Shown: positions 25,285-38,641 of the stretch, in pieces | How the letters are laid out: the number at the start of each line of letters is the position of its first letter | How positions within the stretch are numbered: the stretch's first letter is position 1 | Assembly (NCBI RefSeq): GCF_026571515.1 | Contig: NW_026866561.1 | Span: 1-64,000 of the forward strand | Direction of reading: 5' to 3' | From: Ruditapes philippinarum | Lineage: Eukaryota | DNA: 64,000 bases | The notes under the pieces: generated by a model | Told to the model about the DNA's origin: nothing | Databases searched by the model: none | Seen by the model: the letters and a program-made list of their open reading frames with translations, nothing else | Translations under genes and position numbers: made by a program

Positions 25285-27870
25285 ATTGAATTGTATGGCC
25301 AGAAAATCCGGTACAGAATATATTTCCAGATTCCTTATCCATTTGACTCAAAATAAAAAAAGCCGTTTAGATATTTAAAGAAGTCCTTAACTAAGAAATG
25401 TCTACATCACAATATATGATGTTTATTCCTTTCTTTGGTCTTGCCGAAACAATTTTCTTGTAAAAGATACCTCCGAAATATCTCGTCCATTTTGGCTTCG
25501 CTTCCTAACTTTAATCTGTTAATTTCAACTTAATTGGCTCTTTCGATTTAGATTTACATTTAATTGGTCCACTTGATTGATTTAATTTAATAAGTTCAGA
25601 ATTTGTTATGAGTTATTTTGACCAATCAATCTTATAGTTATCATTGTCATGACTACTAAAAAGTGTATAAATACCGGATGAATTCCTATAGTTCTTGTCT
25701 TGGAAACTGGTCGACATGTCATTTCACTTCATAGCTTTAGAGCGTTGACACCTTTTCAAAAAAATTAAGTTTTGACTTTATTTAAATCTAATTTGATTTA
25801 TAAATTTAAGATAAACTTAATATTAAATACTTAGATTTTTTTTCTATAAATAGTCATTAATCGTAGATTTAGATTCTAAATATAATTTTATCTAACTTAT
25901 TGATAAATAAATTCTATGACTGTCATTTAAATAAATCTCATAGTGTTAAAATTATAAAGTATTGTCGTCTACTTTCATTGTATTAGCCCTGATGTCTATC
26001 ATACACGTGAATTATAATTTGTTAAATACTTTTTGATTAACATTGGGTGTTTTTAAATCCATCTTGCCACGTTTTTTTATAAACTCTAAATTGCTGTTAT
26101 TGATTTGTATGGCCAAAAATCCGGTACAAAATAGATTTCCAGATTCCTTATCCATTTGACTCAAAATATAAAAAAAACTGCCGTTAAGATATTTAATAGG
26201 GTTCCTTAACCGAACAGTGTCTTTATCACAATATATTCCTTTCTTTATATTGGCCTTGCCGAAACCATTCTCTTGTAAAAGATACCTCCGAAATTGACGG
26301 TTTTGGCGATTGATACATATTCACTTCAATGTACTGTTATGCCGATGCCCTTCATATCAATGAGTTTATTATATACAATAATATTCTCTGCTATAACATA
26401 TATTGGTAAAGAAATGTTTAACTTTACGTATTGCAGTAACCAGTTAAAAATGTCGAAATTATTATTAACAGTATGCAGTAAACTCCATTAATGAATGTTT
26501 GTGTTTGATTCTATTACAAATTCATGATTTGCACGTGTTGTTTAAAAGCATTATTGGAATAAATAATGTTATTTACTTGCTCATTTGCTTTCAATTTCGA
26601 CTTTTTATTTGTTATTTTTTTAACCTTTACCGGTTGCCAAAATATATTCACAGGGAAATCATGTTCCACTTTTCGCTCAAAATCGTCAATAAAAATATGT
26701 GTATTTATATTTACAAGTTGTTTCCATGACGTAAAGATAGACTGATGTCGCCCAGGGCCCCTTTTACCGCCAGCAATAGCTGCATCAACTATTATAACAA
26801 TGCCAATGTGTCTGTGTAAAAGACTCTGGTAACTGACTGCAAAGATCCAGTTCGGTCCATGTTTCCAGATTGTTTACATATTTTGAGAATGATTTGACAG
26901 TATTTGTTTTTTAACGTACTCAGAAAGCTTCCAAATAAGGATACGCTTGCTTTATTTTGCTATACCATTGTGTTCCTTTTATTTCGCTGGTGAATCGTGT
27001 TCTTTAAAAATTACCGTTCTATTTGTATTGATATGCCAATAGGGACAGTCATTCGCAAGTCCCAAAAACTAATAAATTCCCTTTCGGAGGAAAAACTTTA
27101 TTCATGTCATTAATTCGATTACCATGCATTTGTATTCCGCTCTTTGGTTGATAAGGTTCAAGTTAAGGTATGTCTTGCTATCTTGATGGTTTATCCTAAA
27201 AGATAATTTTGCTTAAATTATAAGACAATTCATTAGAAAACAAGTTAGAGCCACTATATAAAAGCAAAAATCAGCAACACATTAGCAAAATTTAGACATT
27301 TAGACAATGAAGGTCTAGGTCAATATAAATGAGTGTCAATGTTAGTTTAGCCTGCTTAAAGAATTTGTCTTAACAGTTGTGGCCCAATATGAAAAAAATA
27401 AATCCAAAACTGAAACAGTTATGATCAAGGTACAAGTTTGTGGAACGCAACACAGACAGGACTGTATTTTTTTTTTTCAAAAAAAAATATGGAGCAAAAA
27501 CATAAGGATTCTATAATCACACAATGGTCTGACTAGCCTGGAAATGCTGCTTGGATATATATTTAGTAAATTTAGACCAATACTTTATACGAAAGGTAAT
27601 TAAACAAGCTTCCACTGTACATTTAGTGGCTAAATATAACTTTTATGTAAAAAATAGCCCATAATCTTCAGATTTTGAGTACCCTTTTTTAAAAATATGA
27701 AGTGCTAGTAGCCCATTATGTAAAAAGTTCAAGGCAAATGTTAAGCTCTTAAACCAGAAATGCTGGCACCTTCTAAATTCAAAGCCGGCAAATTCATCCA
27801 AATTTTTGATAGAGTGGTCTTCTCTCTAGACATAGGGAACAAGTTGGTATATTAGTATTTATAACATATG
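25285..27870 (-). pseudogene. nSTAND3-like NTPase relic, copy 3
   Basis: Duplicate of 18362-20945; VIIVDAAIAGGKRG at ~26757-26798. Confidence 0.55.
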
Positions 27871-27965
27871 CAAGGAATCAAAAGAAAACATCAATGGATG
27901 TGGTAGGAAAACATTAACATTGTGATACAGATATCGTAAGAAGTGTGTATGGTAGTTTACCTTAC

Positions 27966-29828
27966 CTTCAAATAGTGAAGATTAAAACAATTAAACTCAC
28001 TTTCATCCAAAGTAATGCCATCGATGGATTTAAACTGTCCATTTGTACCTCTGTTGAAGGCTGTAAGGGGCCGTTCCATCTGGCAACTCGATTGGTTGTT
28101 TGAGGGAGGCGATAAAATGACATATTGATACTAATTTTCAGTCCTATTAAAATTGACCAACACTTCAAGATCATGTTTGCTGAGATTTAAAATCTGGGCC
28201 ACTATAGCTACATGTTTCCTACGCTTTGTGCTTGCTCTAGTTATTGGTGATGAAAGTCCCGCTTCCCTAGCACATTTTCGTAAGACATCTGCACTTCTTA
28301 GAGGACTTAAATACCCAAAGTTTGCTCTAGCAAAATATATGTTATTTATTTCACAGCACCCGCTTCAGATCGCCATTTAAGCAGAAGATGAATATTATTT
28401 TTTTTCCAGAGTTAGAACTGCCATAGTACGTTTCCTTTTTCCACGGATTTCTACTGTGCAAATAGATATCAGCAGATTTGTCTTAGTTTTATTAAGGAAC
28501 CTTCAACTTCATAAGATGCCTTCGCCTATGCATTTGTTTCTCTCTTTTTGTAGCGTTCAACTGTAAATCATTTTGTTTCTCTACCTCCTCGTCTATTAAA
28601 GAGGATCAGTTGTGCCAATGTAACTCCCAATTATTTTTTTGAAAATGTCTCGTCTAAAGCTTCTGTCAACACTTTCGAATATTTTTGCAACATCTATCTA
28701 TTGTTTTTTAAGGTTTTTGTCCATTCCCCTTCACAAATTGTCAGAAATTTCACTGCTTTTTCCTTCCTCTGTTCTCTGCATTTAAGCACATTTTGTGAAG
28801 GTGTCCATTCTTTAATGCTAGGAATGGATTCAACTATGTGTTTGTTTCTTTCTTGAATTTACAAAAATACTGAGTGTTTTTCACCGCCAATGGAAATTCC
28901 CTGTGATAAAACATGTCACATAAATATATCACATTAGCATTATACATTCTAGCACTTATCAGAAATCTAACTAATTATCTCATTGTTAGACTTATGTGAG
29001 CATAAAGATGTCTCTGATATGTTTTTCTCCTTATTTTATAATTATACGGTCGGAATTGTAATTTCATCTCTAGCCGTCCGACTAATTACATTCTCTTTTA
29101 GGCCTTTAAAATTCTTCAATGAAAGAAGACAGTTAACGTCTAACTTCTGATTATTTTTTTCGTATTTTTTACCTTCATACAAGTTACATGTCTGTTGGTT
29201 TAACTATAAACTGGATCTTAGGAAAAAAACCGAGTCAAATTTCACAGGGAAGATAATGATGATCCTCTGCTGATTTGTGTTAAGGATTTTTATCCCATAT
29301 GATATCATACAGTATTATACTAATAGTAACCAGCATTTATCAGTTTTGCTAGTCTGACCTTTCTTTCCTTAGATCCAACAGGGCAATGTAACACATTTTT
29401 TCACTTCTGTTTTTTCTTTGTGTGTGCAAATATAAGTTTCTTATGCTTGTAAAACTATAACCAAAAGATAGTGATGATCCTTGTTTAGTTATTTTCCAAT
29501 AAATGTCATTGACTGTTTGTACCTTCACAACACTGAATATGTCATTTCATTTAACCTAAGATTCGATAATGTCCTCCTGAATAATTTTCTCTTATTCTGT
29601 TTTACCCTTGTCCGGGCTTTTCTTTTTTAAGATCAGCTGGGGAAAGGTCTCAGTGACCTCATATGTGTCTGAATCCTGCACGTTATCAATACATTCTGAA
29701 CACGTTTACTTTTAGTTCTCTTTTTGGGCTTGATACAGACCCTCAGCCGAGTCTGTAGTAGATGTTTAAGAACAGTTATCAGGGTCATGCTCTGAGTCAT
29801 CTGATAAAGAAAAGCCGTCTTCAGAACT
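27966..29828 (-). pseudogene. Crypton-like tyrosine recombinase exon, copy 3
   Basis: Duplicate of 21040-22902; ORF 27968-28174 contains ISINMSFYRLPQ with the putative catalytic Tyr. Confidence 0.85.
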
Positions 29829-30521
29829 CTGAAAATATATTATTGGTTGCATTCTTTAGTTGGGCTTAATGTCCCATTATATGGTGGCATTCAGTGAAGG
29901 ACTACCCAATGACACATAGGAATAACCACCTATCTTCCATTAGTTAGCTGGATAGCATCCCCAAATAATAAGCTCTGATCTAGATAGGGCATGAACTCAG
30001 ACAAAAACAACATTATTTGCTGAGGTTATCAGCCTCAATTAAGGAACTTTTTAACTCAGGTAACTAAATTGTCAAAAAGTAAAACAAGAGGTTCATGTTG
30101 GCCTATATAACGCTCACCTAAATATTTATACTGTCCATGACAAAAAACATGTATAAAGTCACTGGTTGCTATGTAAACTAAGCTTTATTTTATGTAGATT
30201 TTGAGATTTTTTCACCATATACATATAAGGAAAGTCTACGATTCCCGGGGCAGGCCAATTTAACCTGATGGTTATTATTTGAAAATAATTTGAGTTCCAC
30301 ATAAGAGGTCGTTTGAGCATCAGATTTATGATATAAAACAATAAAAAGATTGTGTTTCAGTGTCTTAATATAGGACACAACTATTGCATTTACAGAAGTA
30401 GAACAAGTAAAATCATTAAAGGATAATTACAACTTACAGCTAGTTTGGGCTGATCAGCATTTATATTTGCCAATGGGTGTTCAACAAAATGAAATTAAAA
30501 AAAAAAAACAAAAAAAAAACA

Positions 30522-30690
30522 TTTTGTTGGGTTCAATGTCACACCGGCATAATTGTTAGGTCATTCGCAACATTCCAGCTTTATTGATGGATGAAGATCC
30601 AAGGTGTCATTACTGCTCATTATATCGTTATAAGCTGGCACTTAAGAAGAAACACCAACCTTTGCTGGATGGCTTCTTGACATTAATAAT
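30522..30690 (-). mobile_element. degraded 3' part of a RUDI/BivaV-like SINE
   Basis: Reverse complement resembles the 3' half of the SINE at 45333 (taaagctggaa, atgaccta, acccaacaaaa). Confidence 0.55.
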
Positions 30691-31019
30691 TATTCACCCC
30701 AATGTAATAAAAGCCATGCAGCAATGCATTTCATCTAGTCTATTTTCATAGTGCTGATTAAATCATTAAAATGGTATCATATGATCATATAAACAATCTC
30801 TCCAGATATAAACAAAAACCTCTCTATAACAATACCATAATTTTACCTGCACTGAACAAGAACCTCTACATAACAGTTAATATCTAAAGTGTGTTGTTCT
30901 ATAACAAAAACAAATGTTAACTCTTTATTCTTGCAATTCAACATTTTGAAGTGTACGTATCTTCTTCTGCTTTTTCTTCTTTAAAAAAAAAAGGAAAACG
31001 AATAAAGGCTGGTGGATCA

Positions 31020-31852
31020 TGGCTTTTTTTGTGTTATAGTGAACATCTGTCATCCTACTTTATTAACTATTTCCTTAGAAAATAATTGCTTGGTAACAAA
31101 CTGGTAGAATTTTATCAAACTTAACAGGACTGATAATTTAATAAGCCTCTACAAAAGTTTTATAAATGCTTTCAGTCTATTTTGGTAGTCAAGTTCAAAT
31201 AATCGACTTTTTGTTAAACTTTTACAATTTTGTAGGGATTTGATTCATATGTGTTACAAAAACAGGCATGTGGAATAATTTAGATATGACCTTTAAATAG
31301 CATTGACAGTCAAATGATTGAATTTCATACTGCATTGTTTTTTGTTGTAATTTTTTTCATTTAAAAACTAAAAATCTTCTTTAAAATACAAAAGAGCTAG
31401 AGCTAAGATATTTATCATAAAACACCTTCTGATGGGTGTCTAGCAAGTCTGTTCAAATAAGGGCCCTGGGGTTAAAATTGGCCCTGCCCAGGGGTCATTT
31501 ATATTCCTTATATGTGAATAGCACACTTTTAAATATATTCTGTTAAAAACAAAGAGAGCTAGATTTTAGATACTAAGTATCAAGTATCTTCTAGTGAGTG
31601 TCGACCAAGTTTGTTCAAATAAAAGCCAGAGGGTAAAAATAGGGTAAAAATAGGGCCGGGCGCAGTCATTGTTTTTCAGTATTTTTGTTTTTTATAAAAT
31701 CCCAAAAAGCTAGAGTTTAGATATTTATCATGAAACATCTTCTAATGGGTGTCCACCAACGTTGTTCAAATAAAAGCCCGTGGTTAAAATTGGTCCCGTC
31801 CCGGGGGCTTAGATACAGGTGAGCGATTTCAGGACCATCATGACTCTCTAAT
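31020..31852 (+). mobile_element. HINE-type non-autonomous element with ~170-180-bp internal repeats
   Basis: Repeated AGAGCTAGA...GTTCAAATAA..GGTTAAAATTGGCCC units ending in CAGGTGAGCGATTTCAGGACCATCATGACTCTCT; same family as 56869-57256. Confidence 0.7.
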
Positions 31853-34346
31853 TATTTTATTTTTGGGACTTTTGAAAATATCAATTTCTTAACAAACCGG
31901 GCCTACATGACATAATATAAGGTATGCCACAGTGTAGTCATTGTTAAAGTTTATATTTGATACTTGTGTGTATAGATAACTTTGCTTTGGATATTGAACC
32001 AGGATTATGGTCACTAGGATCAATTTCAGTAACATTAATGCTTTGATTATTGCTGTATGCCTTTTTTCAAAAAAGCTTTACTCTTTTAAATATTCACCAA
32101 GTTTTTTTTGTTATTTTGGTTGCTATGTCAGGTTGCTTTGAACAAACCTTCAATATCCTGTAGTAAAATTTGAGTTGTTGTGACTTTTCTATTGTTTATT
32201 GTGAATGAACATCAACTTTGTTTGTGCCCACTTTTAGCGTATACTTATCTCATTTTGTTATTTCTTAATATGGGTTTTGATTATATCAAATTATGACTGT
32301 CATAGAAATATTAATGATAATAAAAATATATAAAAACAAAGCTGTTCAGTTTTCAATAACAGATTAGAAATCAAAATAATGTGAGGAGATATGATAATGG
32401 AGCAAGTAAGCATGTAGTTCAGTTTGTAAGGCTTTTTTGAAAAAGAGATATTGCAGCTTATTTCAATCACTCTCCCATTCCGCTTCCTGGAACCAGCCAT
32501 GCCTTGTGTCTGTGAGGAAACTTGAACGTGATCTTATCTGGGTCAAACCCATGATCCAAGAGAGATAGGCCCTTAAATGCTAGGTCATTTAGAATGTATA
32601 TATGCAACCTGACGATCTCACTTTTTTTTAAAAGAAATACTAATGTATGTCTCGCTGAAGGATAGCAAATTGATAAGACATAGTTTACTTTTTATTTTCT
32701 TAAATTCAAGATAACCAAGGTTTTGAATATAGTGACCCGTATGTCATGGAAAGGAAAATGCTGAGCAGTTTCATCTGCACATATTTGGACGTTAAAATGC
32801 CAATATAATGGCATGAAATATGATGTTAAGCGCAGCAATTTAAAAAAAAAATGTTATACCGTTTAGTTGTACATATGCGTTTGAAAGGACTTAATTGAGG
32901 TTATTTTTATTCTTAAAAAGCGTCATGTGTGCCTTGAGTGTTGGTATATACCATGTGCACATGACTATACATATTAAAAGTTTACTTAAAATATCATATG
33001 TTATCATGCACCTGTGACATATCACAATATCAAACAAGAGGTGTAAGCATATGCAAGTCCTCAAATTGAATACACAATGTCGAATGTCTTATGTGAAGTT
33101 GTGCAAAAAGTGCAAGTACTCGAATTCACTTTTCACTTTTCACTCATTTTCACTTTAGTACGATGTTCCATGTCTTCAATGTCCATGAAATTTGATGGAA
33201 GTAATAAGCCCGAACATTTCTGTAAAATGTTTTAACCATTGGTACTGCATCAATGATTTAATTTGAGCGCATGCTTATTTGCTTATTTGTTTGATTTTGG
33301 TAGAACAATCGCTTTTGAAAGGAAGGAGTAATTAAAGCAACATATCTTCAACTCAATCGAGGTATGTTTCATTGCACGTATCTTCGTACAGATAATCGTG
33401 GTAAACAGTAAAAACGTCTTATTTTCGTTTTTCTATTGCAGATTTTGGTACACAAAATTGTCTTTGATATTACGATTTTTTTTAATCAAATTTGTATTGC
33501 TTGTCTTTAATTTCGGTATAATTTACGAGTCTTAATTGCCAAACAATGTTAATCATACATAGTAAGGTATTAATGGTTTATTCAATAGAAATATTAGGTC
33601 TACAGTAATATAGTTAACATAAAATATGAAGATTAATAGTAACTGTGCAACTATTTTGTTAAGGATTTTACGTTAATTTAGATTATTGCAAGCATATTTT
33701 TCACAAAATCATTTACGAGGGTCTTAAAAACAATGCATTTTACAATACACACAAATGTATTTCTTTTACACAATATCAATGTTATAATACTTTAGATACC
33801 TAGAGCGGATATTTATCTCCCTTACATGCTGTCATTTATGTAAACCATTCAACATTTTCTCATTAAATTCCCTTGACAATCAGACATTTTCAACATTAAC
33901 GAGCCTATCATTTACTGGACTCACTCTTTTCCACCTTCTCTTCTGATTTTTTCTACTTGATTTGTCGAATTATTTTAACTGGTTAATGGACATTTGTATT
34001 TTTGGAATTGCATTCTTCAACGAAAACAAAGAATATCCATGTTTTTAAAAATCTGAAATGTGTTTTTCACTTAGCTTCTAAAAATCATAATTTTGATATT
34101 GTAATTGATATTTAGACTATTAAATAGTTCAATGGATAATTCCATTTACAAACGAATACATTCAAATTTATATTACAATCCCTTAAATGAAGTAAACATA
34201 AAAACAGGCGTGTCCCGTATCTGACTGAACTGCCCCGTAAATGGTGAAATTAATTGTTGAATATTCATTCGAGTAATAGGAAATTTTAATTCCGCGCTTA
34301 TGATGTAAACGAAATAATATTGGAGTATATTGTATTAATTGTACAG

Positions 34347-34490
34347 TAGGGTGAACGTTTCAGTTTACACGCAAAACGCACGCTCTGGAGAAAACGCACG
34401 CAAGTTACACGCACGCTTTACCAAACGAAATACGCAGACGCACGCAAAACGATATACGCTAAACGATATACGCACGCTAAAACGCACGTA
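34347..34490 (+). repeat. cluster of ACGCA(CGC) short repeats, probable transposon subterminal region
   Basis: Many tacacgca/aaacgcacgc/atacgc units within ~140 bp. Confidence 0.5.
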
Positions 34491-35590
34491 AGATAAAATT
34501 GTTTCTAAACGTTTAATAAAATAACCTTATCATATACATTTTTAACAACTTAATTAGCTTGATCGTTTAGCGATTTTATTACATGCTAGCTAGATTTTAA
34601 ACGGGTTTATGTAAGAGTTGTAATGCACTCAACCTTGCACACAATTATTTTTGTCGTGCAGCCTCATAAATGATTGTATGAACTATAACAACGATAATCT
34701 GCAAATATTAAGTATCTTAACACACGAGAAATAAACTGTTTTACACCAATAATTGAAAAATTGCTGAATTTACTTCTAAATTCAAACCTTAATAACGGAC
34801 TGACTACAACAACAAACACTACTTAACCGTCAGGATAATACAATATAAGCGGTGGCAGCGTTTCAGTCCATAGATTATAAAATATACAAATACTGTTAAA
34901 TCCGACTCGATAGCATATAATTATTTATGTAATCTAACGCGAAACTGTCAAAACAGTTATGTATTGAACACTGGTATAAATTTACCTAAAACACAAAAGA
35001 CATCACAATACTAACCTCACATAGCTCCTCTTCTCAATCATACATCTATGCGTAGTGCACAGAATGTGTGCAAAGATAGACAAAAGAGTGCTCGATAGTT
35101 GGGCAAGAATAATTCAGACCAAGAAAGGGACCATAAGTCAATAAATCAACACCCTAAGTTTTCAAGAAAACAAATGCTGTGTTCCTAGAAAAATACCTAT
35201 GACGCTGTGTGAAAACAAAACTGATCAAAATACAAATATGTTGCCTAATTCTCTTAATAATATTTACTGTCAAGTGTTACTATAGTGTCAAAATTTATCT
35301 GATCAAGTAATTACTGAACATAATACCTCGCGGAAATATATGAAAAATTTACGTTTTACATGTCAACACAAAAAATACACATACCTCAATATTCACACTA
35401 TCGCCCATTCTCAATAAAATAAAGCATTTGAGGTTGAAAAATATTAAAAATTTGATGTTGTCATTGTGTCATTTTTTATCGCTGAAGTAAAAGTTTAGGG
35501 TATTTTGCAAGTTTGCCAGAAATATTTTGAACAAGAAACTATGATATAACAGGATGGCATTTATTTCGGTAATGACACTGTATTTCTTCG

Positions 35591-37210
35591 GTAACGTAGA
35601 TTTCAGATCTAATAATGTAACATATTGGCTGCATATTGATAACAAATGTCGGTAAAATATATCAAAATCTGTAAATTCCCTATCTAAAGGGACTTTCTAA
35701 CCCATGAAAATTCAAAGAAGTTGGGTACCTTGCTAATTTTCAGTCAATTTTTTCAAAGTTAAATATTCGTAGAAAGCAAAAATAATCAATTTTGAAAATG
35801 ATTATTTTATGTCTTCATTCAAAGGATATATATCATATATAATATATGAGAGGTCGAATGCATACACAAATTTTGTATTAGCATTTTTTTTCTCAAAATA
35901 TTCAACTTTCCACTTTCTTAATATTTGGAAAATTTAGTACTAAACAGTTCGATATTTATCCCCATATAGGATGTCACGTATGTTTCATTTTATTCAAATG
36001 CAAGTAAAGGTTGAGAAAACAATTTTATTTTTTGTAAAATAATTTATATTTATGGATATTATTTTAACATTATTATATATAAAATGAAATACGGCCAGTA
36101 AGCTCTTTGCAGAAACGAATTAGTTGTTGCTGAGAACATCAATATCTTGTAATATATTTTTAACATTTCTGCTGGTTCATCAACATATTATTAACATATC
36201 TTTCCTTTGTAAAAACAATTTTGTGTCTTCTTACACCTAATACAAGGTAACCGTTACTAACAGGCATGCTAATCCCAAATTTATCTTTAATTTTCAAAAA
36301 TTGTTGAATTGTAAGTTGGAGTAACGTATGTTTCACACTCGCTTATTTATGAACTTTATCACGGAATTTAAACTTACGTGTAAAATCGACTTTTTTATTT
36401 AGGAATCAAATGCACATCATTCTATTGTCATAAAAATGCGATTTTATGTTTTTATATATGCATGTGTAAACAATATAAAGTCTGTTTGATAAAAGTAACG
36501 TTTGTTTCACTGTGGTTACTTAAACAAGTAAAAACACGACCAAAGTTAACAAAATTTACTTACTGATGTTAAATAAAACTTAATGTTGATGTTATACGTG
36601 CTTTCTGACTTCAATTTCCCTTTTGATAAACTTACTTTAAAAAGTTGATAATGTATGTTTCTGTAACGTAGGTTTCATTTTTACATTGAAAGTGGGTTAA
36701 AAATGACGCAAGACCGTTTAAGCCGCCATAATTTGTGGTTAATATATCAGAGTTACACACATGTTAATTTTCTTTCTTGTTTGGATTCTTCTTTGAATGG
36801 ATTGGCTCTTAAATAATGGTAACGTATGTTTCTTTTTAAAGTGCTGTTGAAAAGATTTGAATAAAAAAATGAAAATTTCCGAAAATAGAATGATATTTGA
36901 GAGGCTGCAAGCTTATTTTTACTTATAATTATATATATGCTGTATTATTAAGCATGCATCGATTCAATTATGTAATTTCTGTTTCAATTTATTTATATGC
37001 ATTTGGCAACATTTGATCATCCATTATATCAATGAGATTTTAACAGTCAAATATAATTTTTACCAATAATCAAAATGCATATACACACAGCAATGACAAA
37101 TTGCACATGTTTCGTTTATTCTGGAACTTATTTTTCTGAAACACAATTTCAAAGTTGAAAATTCTAGGTGGCGACAGTAACGTATGTTACATTTTAGGGC
37201 ATTAATGGTA
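35591..37210 (+). repeat. dispersed array of a 15-bp GTAACGTATGTTTCA motif with unique spacers
   Basis: Copies at 35591, 35973, 36321, 36495, 36663, 36819, (36972 degenerate) and 37177, all in the same orientation. Confidence 0.7.
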
Positions 37211-37419
37211 CTTGTAAAAGAAAAATAACAAATAGAAATGTAAAACTGAGAGTGTCCCTATTAGACAAAGTGGCAGCCACCTTTCTAACGACATTTTGAC
37301 CTCAAGAAAAACATTCGTATAAGAGCTACCCAGTGGAACATCAAATGCTGTGTTTTATTGAGAATGAGCGAATGATATAAAATCCAATAATTTACGAAAC
37401 AAAAATATTTAAAAGATAA

Positions 37420-38641
37420 TTTAACAGGAGTTACCCGTTAAATTGGGATTCAGGATAAAAAAGTTATGCTCACTGTCCATGGTGGTGACTCATCCCGGCT
37501 CCTCGAAATTCTACATGTCGTGACAATGACGAATTTCTACGGAACGCGTTATCCGTCAAGATGATAAAATTCCATCTTGCGCGCGTAAATCCTCCAAATG
37601 AATTTCCTAGCTAGCTAGACTTTTAAATAAACAAATAACACCGATGCATCAGATTTAAAAACTTTACACTATATATATTCCTGGATCCTTTCAAATCCTT
37701 CCAAAGCATCCGAAAAAAGGTGGTAAAACAATACTCGTAGATATATACATCTGCGATCCTTAAAGGACGTCGTCGGGATTCGAATCATTTCCTCGTAACC
37801 CTCGGGGAACCTCACTCCTGGCTCTGTTAAGACCAGAGACTCCACCAAAAGATACGGGTCTCGTATTCTACCTCCATAGATCTAGAAACTTCTAGTCGCC
37901 GCTGTGACCATGGAAAACCACACTGGCCACCAGTGTCGCACGGTAAAATATTTCTACACTGGATAGTACAGAAACAAATCTGGGCGTAGGTTCGATTTAT
38001 TTATTAGAATCCAAGTAAAAATGGTCTAAAAATATAATAAAATAATTTTACATCTTACAAATACAATTCATATATAAACAAAATACAATGAAATAACAAT
38101 ATATACACAATCGACGCGGAATAAGAAAATACAAAAATACATAAGAAATACAATCAATATCTTAGTTTTAATATAATCTCTTACCACAGCGTCTGTATGA
38201 AGATATTTACTTATATAAATTAAACTTTTTCAATATAAATTGAAATAATGAAAGAAAATGTAGATCTTATGTTTAATTAACCAGTTTTACTATGTCTGAC
38301 TCGTAAGAGATGACTGTAAAGAGTGAGCGGGACAGGAAAAGCAAATAGTGCGCAGAAGTAAAAACATATTTAAAAGACCCAATGAACATCTCTCTCACAT
38401 AGAAACATTTACAACAAACAAAACAATTGGACAAGTACAACAAATAAAGAGTGACCAGTGTTCACGATATTGCACGGGTGAGATCGACAATGTACATCAT
38501 TGACGGAAATTGTCGATTTTCACCGATTCAATACCGGAAGTTAAACTTATACGATAAAAACTAAACGAAACCGAATAAAAACGCGCGTGCACGATGTCAC
38601 CGCTTAAACAAAACTATAAAAAGCCGCGGCTGCCATTACCA
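37420..38641 (-). mobile_element. LTR retrotransposon relic: 5' LTR (37934-38641), PBS and 5' internal sequence
   Basis: Minus strand TG...GCGACA of ~708 bp, with AATAAATAAA near its 3' end, directly followed by C-TGGTGGCCAGTGTGG, which resembles the tRNA-Leu PBS TGGTGGCAGCGGTGG. Confidence 0.65.

Larger units (their letters stand above)
23233..30154 (+). repeat. tandem segmental duplication, unit B
   Basis: Starts inside LINE ORF1 (ACAATTACCGGTCTGG vs ACATTTACCGGTCCGG at 16307) and ends at the same CTGTCCATGACAAA..AACATGTAT as unit A. Confidence 0.95.

Noticed and set aside
33714-33745. second mariner TIR (TACGAGGGTC)
   Set aside because: Only 8 bp match the 12311 terminus, and there is no transposase nearby.
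35591-37210. CRISPR array (repeat plus unique spacers)
   Set aside because: The repeat is only ~15 bp, spacers are 140-370 bp and irregular, the context is eukaryotic, and there are no cas genes.
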